A stretch of DNA of 64,000 nt, from the sequence record NC_070957.1, one strand, 5' to 3'. Position 1 is the first letter of the stretch. The number at the start of each line of letters is the position of its first letter. The translations under genes and the position numbers were made by a program. Of this stretch, positions 17,760 through 28,251 are shown one piece after another. The notes under the pieces are model-generated. The model was given only the letters and a program-made list of their open reading frames with translations, made no database searches and was not told the DNA's origin.

Positions 17760-18127
17760 TGCAAAAGAAAACGCTTCTCTCCATCATCGGGTTGTTACTG
17801 ACATTCTCCATGTTCTTCACCAACAAGTACACCGGTGACCAGGAGATCAAAACAACACTGATCGGATGCGAACAAACCGAAGATCCGTTGTCTGGTCAAC
17901 CTGCAAACTTCTGCGAGTGGAAAGGACATGGTTATTTCTCTCGTGTTGAAGTCAGTGACCTCGAATACCAATACAACATCAAACGTGTTGGTAGTCAAGA
18001 TATCGCTGTGATCGAAAACCCGAAAGCCTGGGTGTTCTATATCAACGTCATGATGGTAATCATCATGGGGATCTATCTCATGGGTCGTCATCAGGAGGAA
18101 GAGGATGTATCACATTACCCGGATTGA
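17759..18127 (+). CDS. Membrane protein with two TM segments
   Basis: Overlapping start/stop, hydrophobic termini. Confidence 0.7.
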   Translation: MQKKTLLSIIGLLLTFSMFFTNKYTGDQEIKTTLIGCEQTEDPLSGQPANFCEWKGHGYFSRVEVSDLEYQYNIKRVGSQDIAVIENPKAWVFYINVMMVIIMGIYLMGRHQEEEDVSHYPD

Positions 18128-18491
18128 TGTTTGTGATCTTACTTACAAGCTCATAAAGCATCTGACCTCAGATACGTACATCATGGGTGACGGTCTTGTC
18201 ATAGGTGAACTGACAGGAGTGATTTTGAATCCAGGAGCTGATCTGGGTTTCTATCCTCCCCAGGGTACCAAGATGGAACTCAAACTGACCGTGAAGGATG
18301 ACAACCAGGATCCGGAGATCCGTGGATGGTCCGGTTGGTTTGCTTTCCAACGGCAAGACGCCCCCGATCCTACAGCCCTGGTAGTGATCGCTGGTGTTAT
18401 CGACAAACAGGATAACGAACTTATCCGAACTGTCCAACAACGCGATGACCACAACCAGTTCTTCTTTGCTAAGAAAAAGAACTTCCATTAA
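18105..18491 (+). CDS. Hypothetical protein
   Basis: GGAGGA SD. Confidence 0.7.
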   Translation: MYHITRIDVCDLTYKLIKHLTSDTYIMGDGLVIGELTGVILNPGADLGFYPPQGTKMELKLTVKDDNQDPEIRGWSGWFAFQRQDAPDPTALVVIAGVIDKQDNELIRTVQQRDDHNQFFFAKKKNFH

Positions 18492-18501
18492 GGAGAGATG
18501 A

Positions 18502-18855
18502 GTGTCTGTGAGTGTTAATCTCCGATCAGATGCTATTACTCCCAAGTTGGCTAAGGAAATGAACGGATCTATCTTTATTCGTTCTAACACGTTCTCTGTC
18601 CGGCAACGGGCAGGGAACATTACCCTCGGTCTCCATGGGATAAGTTATCTGAAATTACCCAAAATGAATACCAACGCCAAGTTCAGTTACCTGGAAGAAC
18701 CCAGTGATGATGGTGAAGGTGTTTATTGGACTTGTTCCCTGGCGTTCTACGCAAAACCCTCCCATAAACAACTGACCACCCTGGTCATTAAAACAGGTTT
18801 CTATCATGTCGTTAAACGTGACGGTATCGTGGAGCCGGGTGCCGGTTACAGTTAA
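18502..18855 (+). CDS. Hypothetical protein
   Basis: AGGAG SD, GTG start. Confidence 0.65.
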   Translation: MSVSVNLRSDAITPKLAKEMNGSIFIRSNTFSVRQRAGNITLGLHGISYLKLPKMNTNAKFSYLEEPSDDGEGVYWTCSLAFYAKPSHKQLTTLVIKTGFYHVVKRDGIVEPGAGYS

Positions 18856-18859
18856 ACTG

Positions 18860-19186
18860 ATGCCCAAAGAGTTCGAACCCAAAATGTTTTATCTTCCGCA
18901 TGTTCAAGGGTTAAGAACTCACCACTGGCTATATCCCAACAAACCCAGAGAGTTGCGTTATGTTAATCATAAAGGTGATCAGTACATCGGTCGCTTTAAC
19001 TTCAAGTGGTTCAATGGAGCATTGCGGTTAACACCGGTTAAAGGTGAGACCCCAAAGATGATTGAACGTAACCGCCAAACTCCCATGACCTGGAAACCAG
19101 TTCAAGATGGCTGGCCTGACTACTATCTGTTCGGACTTGTCATGGTTGAACGGTTCTATATACTCAGGTTCAAAGACACACTTTAG
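18860..19186 (+). CDS. Hypothetical protein
   Basis: Operon packing; start uncertain. Confidence 0.6.
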   Translation: MPKEFEPKMFYLPHVQGLRTHHWLYPNKPRELRYVNHKGDQYIGRFNFKWFNGALRLTPVKGETPKMIERNRQTPMTWKPVQDGWPDYYLFGLVMVERFYILRFKDTL

Positions 19187-19194
19187 GAGGTGTC

Positions 19195-19560
19195 ATGCTC
19201 TTTAAGTTACAAAAGAAAGGACTGGAGGTTTACCGATTCGTTCAGCACGACATCGACCTCGTTGTGAACAAAGGTCCTTTCAAGGGTACCAAGCATGTTA
19301 TCATGCGATTTGAGAATGAAGCTCGGCAACTCAAGATGGGACACTTCAACGTGATCTATGATCGGGAGTTCCTGACCTTTATTCCGGTATGGAACGAACC
19401 TGTTCTTGATTGCATTCGAAATAAGAAGAAATGCCGTCAGAACAACCCACTGAAAATGGGATTCCCCATTATCCCCAAATACAAGTACTATTTCTGGAAA
19501 CTCATCAGTTTCGAAGTAGGATACGTCCATCTCAAAGTCATGTTAAGGAATTCCAAATGA
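19195..19560 (+). CDS. Hypothetical protein
   Basis: AGGAGG SD. Confidence 0.7.
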   Translation: MLFKLQKKGLEVYRFVQHDIDLVVNKGPFKGTKHVIMRFENEARQLKMGHFNVIYDREFLTFIPVWNEPVLDCIRNKKKCRQNNPLKMGFPIIPKYKYYFWKLISFEVGYVHLKVMLRNSK

Positions 19561-20270
19561 AAAAGGTATCTGTACAACAAGTACTTGCAGCACGCGACGA
19601 GTTGATCGATTTTGCTTTTCAAGCCATCCTCAATGTTCGGGCCGCTCACCATCATTTCGAAACCGACCTCAAAGTAAAAGAAATCTATGGCTTTTGGGCT
19701 AAACTGCTCATTGCCAAGAAAGATGGTAACTATCGACTGCGTATGCACGCTCTTGGTTATTCTATCATCTTCTATGAAATACATGAGAGTGTGCTCGGAC
19801 TACCGTATACCGCTGAAGGTGTACGAGAAGAGGCAACTGCAACTGTTGATGCTTGGCTGTCCAAGATCATCTTGGTTTCTCTCCGGAAACAACCTGAACT
19901 CCAAGTCGAGAACAGTGAAGAGAGTATCAGGAACGTCGCCGATGTCATCAAAGACATCTATCCCCACACACTGATCACGGTCACCCATAACGGGTTTAAC
20001 TATCACTCCATGACACCCACCGGTGAGTTGTTGAGTTCAGTAGCTCACACTCAAGGTCCTCAACGTAAAGGTCCAGGTGGGCGATTGGCCGCTGCTCGAT
20101 TGGAAACTTGTACACTTCATGCGACAGCTGAAGTGCATGATGATCCACTGCTCGACAACTACTCTGGTATCGGGCGTAATCTGGAAAACCTGATCTGTAC
20201 CGATCTCACTGATTTGATCATGTTGGGTCATGTCAACTACGATCTTGTCTTCGAATTCGAAGATCATTAA
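19557..20270 (+). CDS. Hypothetical protein, paralog of 17022-17759
   Basis: AAGGA SD, ATGA overlap. Confidence 0.75.
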   Translation: MKKVSVQQVLAARDELIDFAFQAILNVRAAHHHFETDLKVKEIYGFWAKLLIAKKDGNYRLRMHALGYSIIFYEIHESVLGLPYTAEGVREEATATVDAWLSKIILVSLRKQPELQVENSEESIRNVADVIKDIYPHTLITVTHNGFNYHSMTPTGELLSSVAHTQGPQRKGPGGRLAAARLETCTLHATAEVHDDPLLDNYSGIGRNLENLICTDLTDLIMLGHVNYDLVFEFEDH

Positions 20271-20329
20271 TCGTAACTACTTTCACTATTAGTTGCAGTA
20301 ATCCCATTAATCAACATTTAGGTATAGCA

Positions 20330-20725
20330 ATGTCCGAACAACTCCCAGCGTCCAAAACCTACACATTGGAGCAGGTTCAAAAAGTATTGCGGGAAATCGT
20401 AGACCAAGTTCGCAAGAACAAGATCGAACGTGTCACCCGTGTCGCTCTGAACTTCCGTGGTACTTCTCCCGAGGTATCCATCCATGCAGGGTACAAACTC
20501 CTGGGTCGTCATCAACCGCATGTTTGGTCCGATCGACCTTACTCCGAAAAGAGTAACAAGATACTGGCGACTTTCAAACTGCGTGTCAACGGTTGTCCGA
20601 TTCATCAGTTCAACGTCACCACTGGTGTCATTCTCCCGGAATTCCATGGAGAGGATCATCTCAACGAACTGTCGGATCGACTCCAACAAGTAGTTGGAGA
20701 ACATTTGTTCTCCAAACGCAACTAA
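20330..20725 (+). CDS. Hypothetical protein
   Basis: AGGT SD, downstream hairpin. Confidence 0.7.
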   Translation: MSEQLPASKTYTLEQVQKVLREIVDQVRKNKIERVTRVALNFRGTSPEVSIHAGYKLLGRHQPHVWSDRPYSEKSNKILATFKLRVNGCPIHQFNVTTGVILPEFHGEDHLNELSDRLQQVVGEHLFSKRN

Positions 20726-20774
20726 CATAAGTAGGGCTCCTTGCGGGGAGCTCTACTTAGTGTATGAGGTTTAC

Positions 20775-21242
20775 ATGAGCGATATCCGTTGGTACCAAGA
20801 AAATGATCGAATGGTCATTGTTGACAATGAAACCCAAGGAACCCTTCACATTCGTTTCAATCCGATGAATCGAAAGACTGGTTCTGATTTGATGTGGGGT
20901 CATGTCAACGATATATCAGCTTCCATAGAGAATGGTGATCTCCAGTTGAGCCTGAAGGGACATTCCATGATCGATGTCAGAAGCGATATTGAACTCAGAG
21001 GTAGTGTGACTCTGAAAACAGCTTTCCTACACGACCCTGTGATTGAAAATAGTCACATTGATTTCGTTAGTATTACCGCGAAGACAGTTTTCAAAGATGC
21101 ACATGTCCACGCAGTAGGAATACAGCGATTCGGGTTAGTGAAGTTCATCAACAGTAAATATGATGGATTTATGAATGGCGCGCTTCCGAAAGCACGGGAG
21201 CTCCAAATAGTCGATAACCAAGTCAAGGTGATAGTACAATGA
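20775..21242 (+). CDS. Hypothetical protein
   Basis: GAGGT SD before MSDIRW. Confidence 0.7.
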   Translation: MSDIRWYQENDRMVIVDNETQGTLHIRFNPMNRKTGSDLMWGHVNDISASIENGDLQLSLKGHSMIDVRSDIELRGSVTLKTAFLHDPVIENSHIDFVSITAKTVFKDAHVHAVGIQRFGLVKFINSKYDGFMNGALPKARELQIVDNQVKVIVQ

Positions 21243-21622
21243 GTGAAGTTAAGAAAGTTAAGAAAGCTCACCCCATGGATTCCTTTATCCAGGACATGAT
21301 CAACTTCATGAATCCTGAAGGTCCCACCAAGGATGGTGATAAACTCTTCCTTAAAACAAAGGAAGGAACATCTGATCTGACGGAGATCCTCTTGGAACGA
21401 AATGATGGTGTCATCACCGGTTATCTCGTCCACGAAGATAAGATCATCAAGATTAACGTAGGGTTCTCGCAAACCTGGAAACCCACACTGGAAATCCGGT
21501 TTGGGGAAATGTTTGTAACGTCCATGGCCGTTGATAACAAGAAAGGCTTGGATATGTATCTCAAACGTCTCTATGACAAGAAGCCACCAAAGAGCAAGAA
21601 GAACGACTGCACTGAAGATTAA
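21239..21622 (+). CDS. Hypothetical protein
   Basis: ATGA overlap with upstream gene. Confidence 0.7.
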   Translation: MSEVKKVKKAHPMDSFIQDMINFMNPEGPTKDGDKLFLKTKEGTSDLTEILLERNDGVITGYLVHEDKIIKINVGFSQTWKPTLEIRFGEMFVTSMAVDNKKGLDMYLKRLYDKKPPKSKKNDCTED

Positions 21623-21687
21623 GTCCATAATAACTTGGACATATATAATCAAAGTGTAACCCACCACGATTAATTTAGGAGTTCAAT

Positions 21688-21987
21688 ATGATCATCAAAC
21701 GTAAACACCTCGGTATGAAACGCAAGTTCAAACTGGTTGGGTTGGATGACACCACTCAACGTGGTGATATCTTCTACCGTATCAACGAGATCAATAACAC
21801 CCACGCCACCAAACTGGACCTCAATGATCTCACCCACGAAGAACATGAACGTCTCATGGAACTTCGCCAAGAAGCGATTGAACAGATCGCTGAAGGACCG
21901 AACTGGTTCAACGCCTACATGGTAGAACATGGTGGCGATAAGACCAGTGCCAATGTAAACCGTGTCTACTTCCGTATCACTTTCTAA
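21688..21987 (+). CDS. Hypothetical protein
   Basis: AGGAG SD, promoter-like motif at ~21641. Confidence 0.75.
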   Translation: MIIKRKHLGMKRKFKLVGLDDTTQRGDIFYRINEINNTHATKLDLNDLTHEEHERLMELRQEAIEQIAEGPNWFNAYMVEHGGDKTSANVNRVYFRITF

Positions 21988-21999
21988 AAGGTAACCAAC

Positions 22000-24402
22000 A
22001 TGAACCAACAAGTACGTGACATCCTGATCCAAATGGTAGCCAACAAATATCACGCAACAATGAAAGAGTATCGTTTCTTCCAGATGGGTGATATGACCAA
22101 CACCCTGGCCGCCATGATCGACGGGCTCCAGTTCCCTCAAACAGCTTACCTGAAAGAGCTGAAAGACATTCATGGCAAGATCAATCGTGAACTGTCCAAG
22201 GTCAACGCCGTCCATCCCCAGTACGTTCCTGATTACTCCAGGATCTACGACCTCCTCTGCGAGCTGGTAAACGCCGAAGACTGGGACGGCGTGGGACGAA
22301 TCCATCGTGGGTTCGTTGGACACAAAGACAAGATTACTGTTCTCCACCACATCTACGAGAACAGCAACATCTATACCGACCCCCAACACTTCGCCCCGAT
22401 CAACATCTGCGCCTCCTTTAACAAGGGCGAACAGAAAAAGATCCTCATCCAAACCGGCATGGACGAAAGCGGTGTTGAATCGGTAGCCACGATGCATCCG
22501 ACCAGTGCAGCCCGTCTGATCAAAAAGCACTTCGAACTCTGGTGGGCTAACAAAGAGAAGGCGGCCCAGGAAGCATCCAACAAGAAGGAAGAAGAAATAC
22601 ACTATCCGCCCTTTGACACCAAAACTGTCGGTGACTACACCATCGCAAATGGCATCGATCCGGTGATCACTCAGATGTCCCTCCAGGAACTGGAAACCCA
22701 TCTGAACAACATCAACGAAGCTGGTTTCACCAGGGCGCAAATCGACACCCTGGTGAAGAACATCAACATGCCGATCTCCGGTTCCGTAGATGAGCGTTTT
22801 GTTGATTGGCTCGATGACGATTACGAAGCCATTCGCTCCATGATCGCTATGTTCGCATGCAAGAACGTTTGGATAGCTCCGGAGGTAGCCTACGTGAAGT
22901 CTGGCGTCCACCGTCAAGCCGCTCGTTCACTCTTCATCGAGAAAGCAATGAGTGAACTGATCAGACGTTCGGTAATCACTGGAAGTTCCAGGGACATCAC
23001 TCTGGATAAACTGGAGTCATTCATCGAAAACCATCCGGTGGAACGCTGCTATGACAATGCAGTATACCCCACCAAAACCGGTGCCGTGACCATCTTCAAT
23101 GAAGCAGGTTGGGACCTCGATACACTTTCCCTGGTGGTTTCCGAGATCAACCTTTCTCCCGGCATGGATATGAATCCCGCCTTCGGTGAAATGCTGGTCC
23201 CCAATAAAGCCGCCATGATCGCTGCGATCAGTTTGTTCGCTGACTTCAAGCATTGGGGTCACGTGACTACTGACAGTGTGGTCGAAGGTACCGAAGAAAT
23301 CTACCAGTTCCTTCTCAAACGCCATTCCGGCGTGACCGAAGAGGAACCTCAACCGAACAAGGAAGAAACCATGAAGCAAACTACATCTATTGCCGAACTG
23401 GTCTCCAAAGTCATCCTGGGATTCACTGATCTCGTGATGATCGCCGATACCGAAAAGGTAATCGAAGAGATCAATCGTCAAGCGACCCCGACCCTGGCCG
23501 GTGTCATGAAGAATATTCTTCAGAGCGTCAAACCGACAACACCGTCGCAACCTCGTGGTCAAACCGAATCCTTTCAGCACCTGGACTGCCCTGGGTACAC
23601 TCCTCGTTCCACTATCCGTGACGAGTACGCCGAGGTGATCAAGTTCATCAACATGGGAGACGTTGATTCAGCAGAAACTGCGATCAAGGGTATCGTCAAC
23701 AAGTACAGCGTGATGGAGCTTCACGGGATGCTGATCGGGAATGCACCCCGTTCACTCAATCCCAATGAAATGGCCAACGAGATTATCGAAGTGATACGTG
23801 CAGCAGCGATGAAACGTAAAGTCGACCTCGCTGAAATTGCACGTCAATCACCGGTGACTCGACTCATCAAGCAAAACCTCTTCGCCAAAGCTATCCAAAG
23901 TTCCCTGGAAGAAACCTACGCAATGTTTGACAGCTATGTCAAACAAGTTAGCATCATCCAGGTATACGTCGCGCTCTTTGGCACCACCGACGTGACCGGG
24001 AAGTCCTTCAGTCAAATGGATGCCGAAATCCGCAATAACCTGACAACGACCAACGAGTCCAGTAACGGAACCGGTCTGAGTAACTTTGTTGAAAGAATCC
24101 GTGGGGCAGTTCAGGCCATGGATCTCGACAAAGCAATGAGCTTGCTCGATGAAGGGTTCTCCATGTTTGGTACGGTGCTGGTATCTACAACACTCCTGGG
24201 TGATAAAAATGTTATCGGTAACCGGACCAGTCGTGAACTGGTCTTCATGTGCCGTGACGCTATTACCACCTGGATCAACACCAACAAGTCAATGGCCCGC
24301 CACGGTACTTTCTCCAACCCTGAATCTCGGGTCTCGGAGGAGGATCAGTGGATCAAAGATCTGAACAAACTGGGTTTCAAGTGCGTTATCCTTCACAAGT
24401 AA
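22000..24402 (+). CDS. 800-aa hypothetical multidomain protein
   Basis: AAGGT SD, strong C-ending codon bias, followed by UUCG terminator. Confidence 0.8.
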   Translation: MNQQVRDILIQMVANKYHATMKEYRFFQMGDMTNTLAAMIDGLQFPQTAYLKELKDIHGKINRELSKVNAVHPQYVPDYSRIYDLLCELVNAEDWDGVGRIHRGFVGHKDKITVLHHIYENSNIYTDPQHFAPINICASFNKGEQKKILIQTGMDESGVESVATMHPTSAARLIKKHFELWWANKEKAAQEASNKKEEEIHYPPFDTKTVGDYTIANGIDPVITQMSLQELETHLNNINEAGFTRAQIDTLVKNINMPISGSVDERFVDWLDDDYEAIRSMIAMFACKNVWIAPEVAYVKSGVHRQAARSLFIEKAMSELIRRSVITGSSRDITLDKLESFIENHPVERCYDNAVYPTKTGAVTIFNEAGWDLDTLSLVVSEINLSPGMDMNPAFGEMLVPNKAAMIAAISLFADFKHWGHVTTDSVVEGTEEIYQFLLKRHSGVTEEEPQPNKEETMKQTTSIAELVSKVILGFTDLVMIADTEKVIEEINRQATPTLAGVMKNILQSVKPTTPSQPRGQTESFQHLDCPGYTPRSTIRDEYAEVIKFINMGDVDSAETAIKGIVNKYSVMELHGMLIGNAPRSLNPNEMANEIIEVIRAAAMKRKVDLAEIARQSPVTRLIKQNLFAKAIQSSLEETYAMFDSYVKQVSIIQVYVALFGTTDVTGKSFSQMDAEIRNNLTTTNESSNGTGLSNFVERIRGAVQAMDLDKAMSLLDEGFSMFGTVLVSTTLLGDKNVIGNRTSRELVFMCRDAITTWINTNKSMARHGTFSNPESRVSEEDQWIKDLNKLGFKCVILHK

Positions 24403-24517
24403 GATGATTGAAAGGGAACCCTTCGGGGTTCCCTCTCTTCTTTATACATTTTATTTTTGTACCCTTATACTTTTTGAAACAGATATTATCACTGTGTAAA
24501 GAAGGGAGAAAATTCTA

Positions 24518-24970
24518 ATGGCGAACAAAAGCACAGAAAAGATTTATTTCGATTACCTGAATAAACTCCTCCTGGGTACACTCGGAGGGTTCATGCACTC
24601 GATAGCTGATAGCAAGGCGATCCCGAAGCCGAATCAATTTGAGGGAAAGAAGAGTGCCGGTGGTTCAGTTATGGTTGCGTGGATGGACACGATACCTCTG
24701 ATAGACTACTACTCTAAAATGTTAAATGACCAAATCTTTGCATCAGCGATGATTGGTTACCGAGACAAAGACAATCCCATAATGGTGGATGTGTTCACAG
24801 TCTGTATGACCATCGAGAGTATTTATCTCATCGATGGTGATGTGAAATATCTATTAGTAAAGGACACTCAATCTGTCATGGATAACAACGAAATCCAAAA
24901 TGCAATTAAGGATATCGTTGCGAAGAAATACATGGCCGGGTTAATAACAATACCTAGGGCTAAGTCATGA
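24518..24970 (+). CDS. Hypothetical protein
   Basis: GGGAG SD, promoter motif at 24481. Confidence 0.7.
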   Translation: MANKSTEKIYFDYLNKLLLGTLGGFMHSIADSKAIPKPNQFEGKKSAGGSVMVAWMDTIPLIDYYSKMLNDQIFASAMIGYRDKDNPIMVDVFTVCMTIESIYLIDGDVKYLLVKDTQSVMDNNEIQNAIKDIVAKKYMAGLITIPRAKS

Positions 24971-25362
24971 AAACCGAACTGATAAAAGACATATTTCTCG
25001 ATGCGTATTTAGGGAAAGAGAACAAAGAGCGGGATTACAAGTATTGGGTTAAACCACTTAATCCCGATGATGGTATTAAGTTCTTCTGTGTATTCAGAAT
25101 CAGACTGAAAGGCAAAGCAGCCATACTGGTGAGAATCCAGGTTGACCTGGAAGCTGAGTTAGCCAACACAGAAACATCCCTCATCTATATTGATCAGGGA
25201 TTTAAACCCAACACCAGGTTCCGTACAGATTTCACCAAAACGTTCTATAAGAAACGTGAACGACTCACTGGTCTTGGTATTGATGAGATCATTAAACGAG
25301 TCGCTCCGGGTCTTGCAGAGAAACTACATAAAGCAGAGGAATTAGCCAATGTCGACCAATAA
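24967..25362 (+). CDS. Hypothetical protein
   Basis: ATGA overlap. Confidence 0.7.
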   Translation: MKTELIKDIFLDAYLGKENKERDYKYWVKPLNPDDGIKFFCVFRIRLKGKAAILVRIQVDLEAELANTETSLIYIDQGFKPNTRFRTDFTKTFYKKRERLTGLGIDEIIKRVAPGLAEKLHKAEELANVDQ

Positions 25363-25738
25363 CGTAATTGCTACTGATATCTATAACCGAATGGAAGCAT
25401 TCTTCGAACGTCTTGAAGGCAAGGACTTCCCGTCCATCTACCAAGACAGCGACAGCATGATGTATTCCTTCCAAGTCGAATCCATGGGTAACTTGTTCCA
25501 GACGTCGGTTCAAGCAACCCAGGTAGAAGGTCAGGGTATACTGGTTTCACTCAGTTACTCTTTCATGGTAGAACCCAAGAAAGTAGGGGACATCATCGTA
25601 ATGGGTGTACCTATTCGCGGCGTGTATACCGTGAACGATGTTATTGCGGAAGTTAAGGACGAACAAGACCTGTTCTCCAAAACCTACGTACTGGCATTGG
25701 ACCATGTTAAAGAGGCGGTCCACACCATCCTCGAATAA
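25349..25738 (+). CDS. Hypothetical protein
   Basis: GAGGA SD. Confidence 0.7.
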   Translation: MSTNNVIATDIYNRMEAFFERLEGKDFPSIYQDSDSMMYSFQVESMGNLFQTSVQATQVEGQGILVSLSYSFMVEPKKVGDIIVMGVPIRGVYTVNDVIAEVKDEQDLFSKTYVLALDHVKEAVHTILE

Positions 25739-25851
25739 ACCACCCAGAATCGTTTCTAAGCGATTTCTTTATTAAAGACGTACAGTTCAATACTTTAGCC
25801 TGAAGAAGTCGTTATAGATCGATTCAGGAATTATTAACCAAGGAGAAATCA

Positions 25852-26808
25852 ATGACCAACGCTGTTTTCAACATCTACCTGTGTGGTGGTGTCGGTATCA
25901 AAATAGGTAACCTGTTCAGCGCGGTAAGCCGCCAATCCCGCCACGTCGATCAGATCGTTGCTCTGGATTCGTCCACCGCCAACAAAGCAGTTGATGACTG
26001 CTTCCCGATCGAACGTCTGGAAGGTGCCGAAGGTTCTGGCTCCGACAAACGTGCCAACATGCACCTGTACAAACCTTTCGTCAAGCAAGTGCTGTCCAAG
26101 TATCCGCCTAACAAGTTGAACATCGTCGTGTTCACTGGTTCCGGCGGTACTGGTTCCGGTATCGGTCCGCACGTCATGCGTGAATTCCTGGAAGCGGGGA
26201 TTCCGGCACTGGCAATGGTGATTGGTGATGACAGTTCCATGAAAGAACTGGACAACACTGTCTCCACTCTGCGTTCCCTGGCAGCACAAACCAAGCTGGG
26301 TGTTCCGGTTTGTTTCACCTACCACCTGAACCGCCCTGAACTCACCCACTCCGCTGTGAACCAACAAGTAGTCCAGAGCATCGACTCTGCCCTGCTGGCA
26401 CTGAACCTGGATAACGTCAGTATCGACTACGCTGACATCTCCAACCTGTTCTTCTTCAGCCGGGTGGTCAACGCCGACCCCATCCTGACCCAGATGACCT
26501 TCCTGACGGATACCGACCTGGACAAGTACGATCGTCAACCGATCGCCGCTATTTCTGTCTTCGCCAAAGAAGATGACATGCGTGCACCGTTCCCTGGTCT
26601 GATGTACCGCAAAGCAGGTACCTTCAGTGAAGCCAATGCCGGCTTTGAAGAATCCTGTCACGTAGTGCTGGATCACGGCAGTACCCTGGCCGAGCTGGAA
26701 ACCATGATGGAGTCCCACAAGAAACGCACCGATGGTATCGGTTCTCGTTTCAAAGTTCAGAAGTCCGCCATTATGGACGGTGCCGACGACGACGGGATGT
26801 TCTGTTAA
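25852..26808 (+). CDS. phuZ: PhuZ phage tubulin
   Basis: LCGGVGIKIG, GSGSDKRAN, tubulin signature GSGGTGSG, acidic C-terminal tail; ~320 aa. Confidence 0.92.
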   Translation: MTNAVFNIYLCGGVGIKIGNLFSAVSRQSRHVDQIVALDSSTANKAVDDCFPIERLEGAEGSGSDKRANMHLYKPFVKQVLSKYPPNKLNIVVFTGSGGTGSGIGPHVMREFLEAGIPALAMVIGDDSSMKELDNTVSTLRSLAAQTKLGVPVCFTYHLNRPELTHSAVNQQVVQSIDSALLALNLDNVSIDYADISNLFFFSRVVNADPILTQMTFLTDTDLDKYDRQPIAAISVFAKEDDMRAPFPGLMYRKAGTFSEANAGFEESCHVVLDHGSTLAELETMMESHKKRTDGIGSRFKVQKSAIMDGADDDGMFC

Positions 26809-26844
26809 TAGGAGAGGGGAGAAGAAATTCTCCCCTTCTTTTAT

Positions 26845-27120
26845 ATGAGAATAATTTTTAATCTTTCCAGGTATACCGAAGAACTACGGACCACAAACCG
26901 TTCACCTGAAGGGTTTGCATTTGGGGCTTTACAACAAGCTATACGTGATATGGGGATACCTCTTCCACCAGCTTCGTTTGTTATCGCTTCCGATGACCAG
27001 CATCTCTTTTATAACGAGATTTGTGGTATTGTTGAACGTGAACTAATTAGTCTGCCGACACCACGGCACGCTAATCTGGTCATGATCTCTCCAATGTTCT
27101 TTCAACTGGAATTACTATAA
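26845..27120 (+). CDS. Hypothetical protein
   Basis: ORF in block after phuZ. Confidence 0.55.
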   Translation: MRIIFNLSRYTEELRTTNRSPEGFAFGALQQAIRDMGIPLPPASFVIASDDQHLFYNEICGIVERELISLPTPRHANLVMISPMFFQLELL

Positions 27121-27130
27121 AGGAAACGCA

Positions 27131-27619
27131 ATGTACGTCGTCAACTTACTTGATCTGAAACAACGGATCAACTTCACTCTCATGTACTGTCTCCACGACA
27201 TGACAAGAGAAGATGAAGAAGAGCTGATGGTTAGTCTGACCGAGGTGGCACTCGATTTGACACTCAGTATGGTAAACGACAAAACCGGCGAACACCCCGA
27301 CGACATGTTTGATCGTTACGTCAAGATGAAATATCCTGATGTCCAACATGTATTCGGGATCGGTGAAATAGTGACCAGCCTGGTCATTGAGATTCGGAAA
27401 CGTTTCTTTACCGAGTTCGGACACGATAAGCGACTCATGTACAAACTGGTGCGTACCAAACGCGGTCGTACCCCGATCTACTACTTCGCAATGGACCTGG
27501 AATTCACCTTCGAATGTGGTGGGTTCTTCCAGCCATCGCAAGAAGACCTCACCCAAGAGGTCGACGACAACCCGAGTCTGGAGACCATGAATGAGTTGTT
27601 CACCCGCGCCCATTATTGA
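27131..27619 (+). CDS. Hypothetical protein (core-block type)
   Basis: AAGGA SD. Confidence 0.7.
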   Translation: MYVVNLLDLKQRINFTLMYCLHDMTREDEEELMVSLTEVALDLTLSMVNDKTGEHPDDMFDRYVKMKYPDVQHVFGIGEIVTSLVIEIRKRFFTEFGHDKRLMYKLVRTKRGRTPIYYFAMDLEFTFECGGFFQPSQEDLTQEVDDNPSLETMNELFTRAHY

Positions 27620-28049
27620 TTTCACTGCCTTCTATCCTGAGATAGAGAAAGCGATCGATAAGAACAGTGTGTACGCTAAGGGGTTGGTAAAGGAAGAGCA
27701 TAAACTATTCCTTGTCCCTGAGCTTGTCACCTGGCTGCTCGGAAGAACTTCCAGTTTCATCGTCAAGGGATATTTTCCTGACCCTCGGCTCAGAAACTTC
27801 TTCGACCACGATGTACTGATCGAAGAGTTCGACGATCTATTTCTAGAATTTAGGGACTACCTCAGACTGACCTATGGTTTGGTAGAAGGAACGCCCATCA
27901 CTTTCTTGAGATACGATAACGTTCACACATTTATACCGTTGAAGGGTGTCAAAGATGATGCGCTTAATTACGACCAATGTAACACATTTGGTCAAAGCAG
28001 TTTCTCAATGGTACCTCAATACGGAAACGTACAACCCCCTAGCTATTAA
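27591..28049 (+). CDS. Hypothetical protein
   Basis: GGAG SD 7 nt upstream. Confidence 0.65.
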   Translation: MSCSPAPIIDFTAFYPEIEKAIDKNSVYAKGLVKEEHKLFLVPELVTWLLGRTSSFIVKGYFPDPRLRNFFDHDVLIEEFDDLFLEFRDYLRLTYGLVEGTPITFLRYDNVHTFIPLKGVKDDALNYDQCNTFGQSSFSMVPQYGNVQPPSY

Positions 28050-28251
28050 GTATATTCGTGACAGGGATGTCAAAGCGTATAGCGAAGGGTTGTATGAGTT
28101 GTGTGGTAGCGATACCCCATTCGTACTTCAGGACACCATTGTTCACTTAGACCTCTTGATAGATGAAGTTGACAGATCCAAAGACCTGGCCAATTTCTAC
28201 TTCGAGGGGAACATCTTCATTATTGTGGAGGATCCGTATGGAACAGTTTAG
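27946..28251 (+). CDS. Hypothetical protein
   Basis: Overlapping operon ORF; start may be 27958. Confidence 0.6.
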   Translation: MSKMMRLITTNVTHLVKAVSQWYLNTETYNPLAIKYIRDRDVKAYSEGLYELCGSDTPFVLQDTIVHLDLLIDEVDRSKDLANFYFEGNIFIIVEDPYGTV

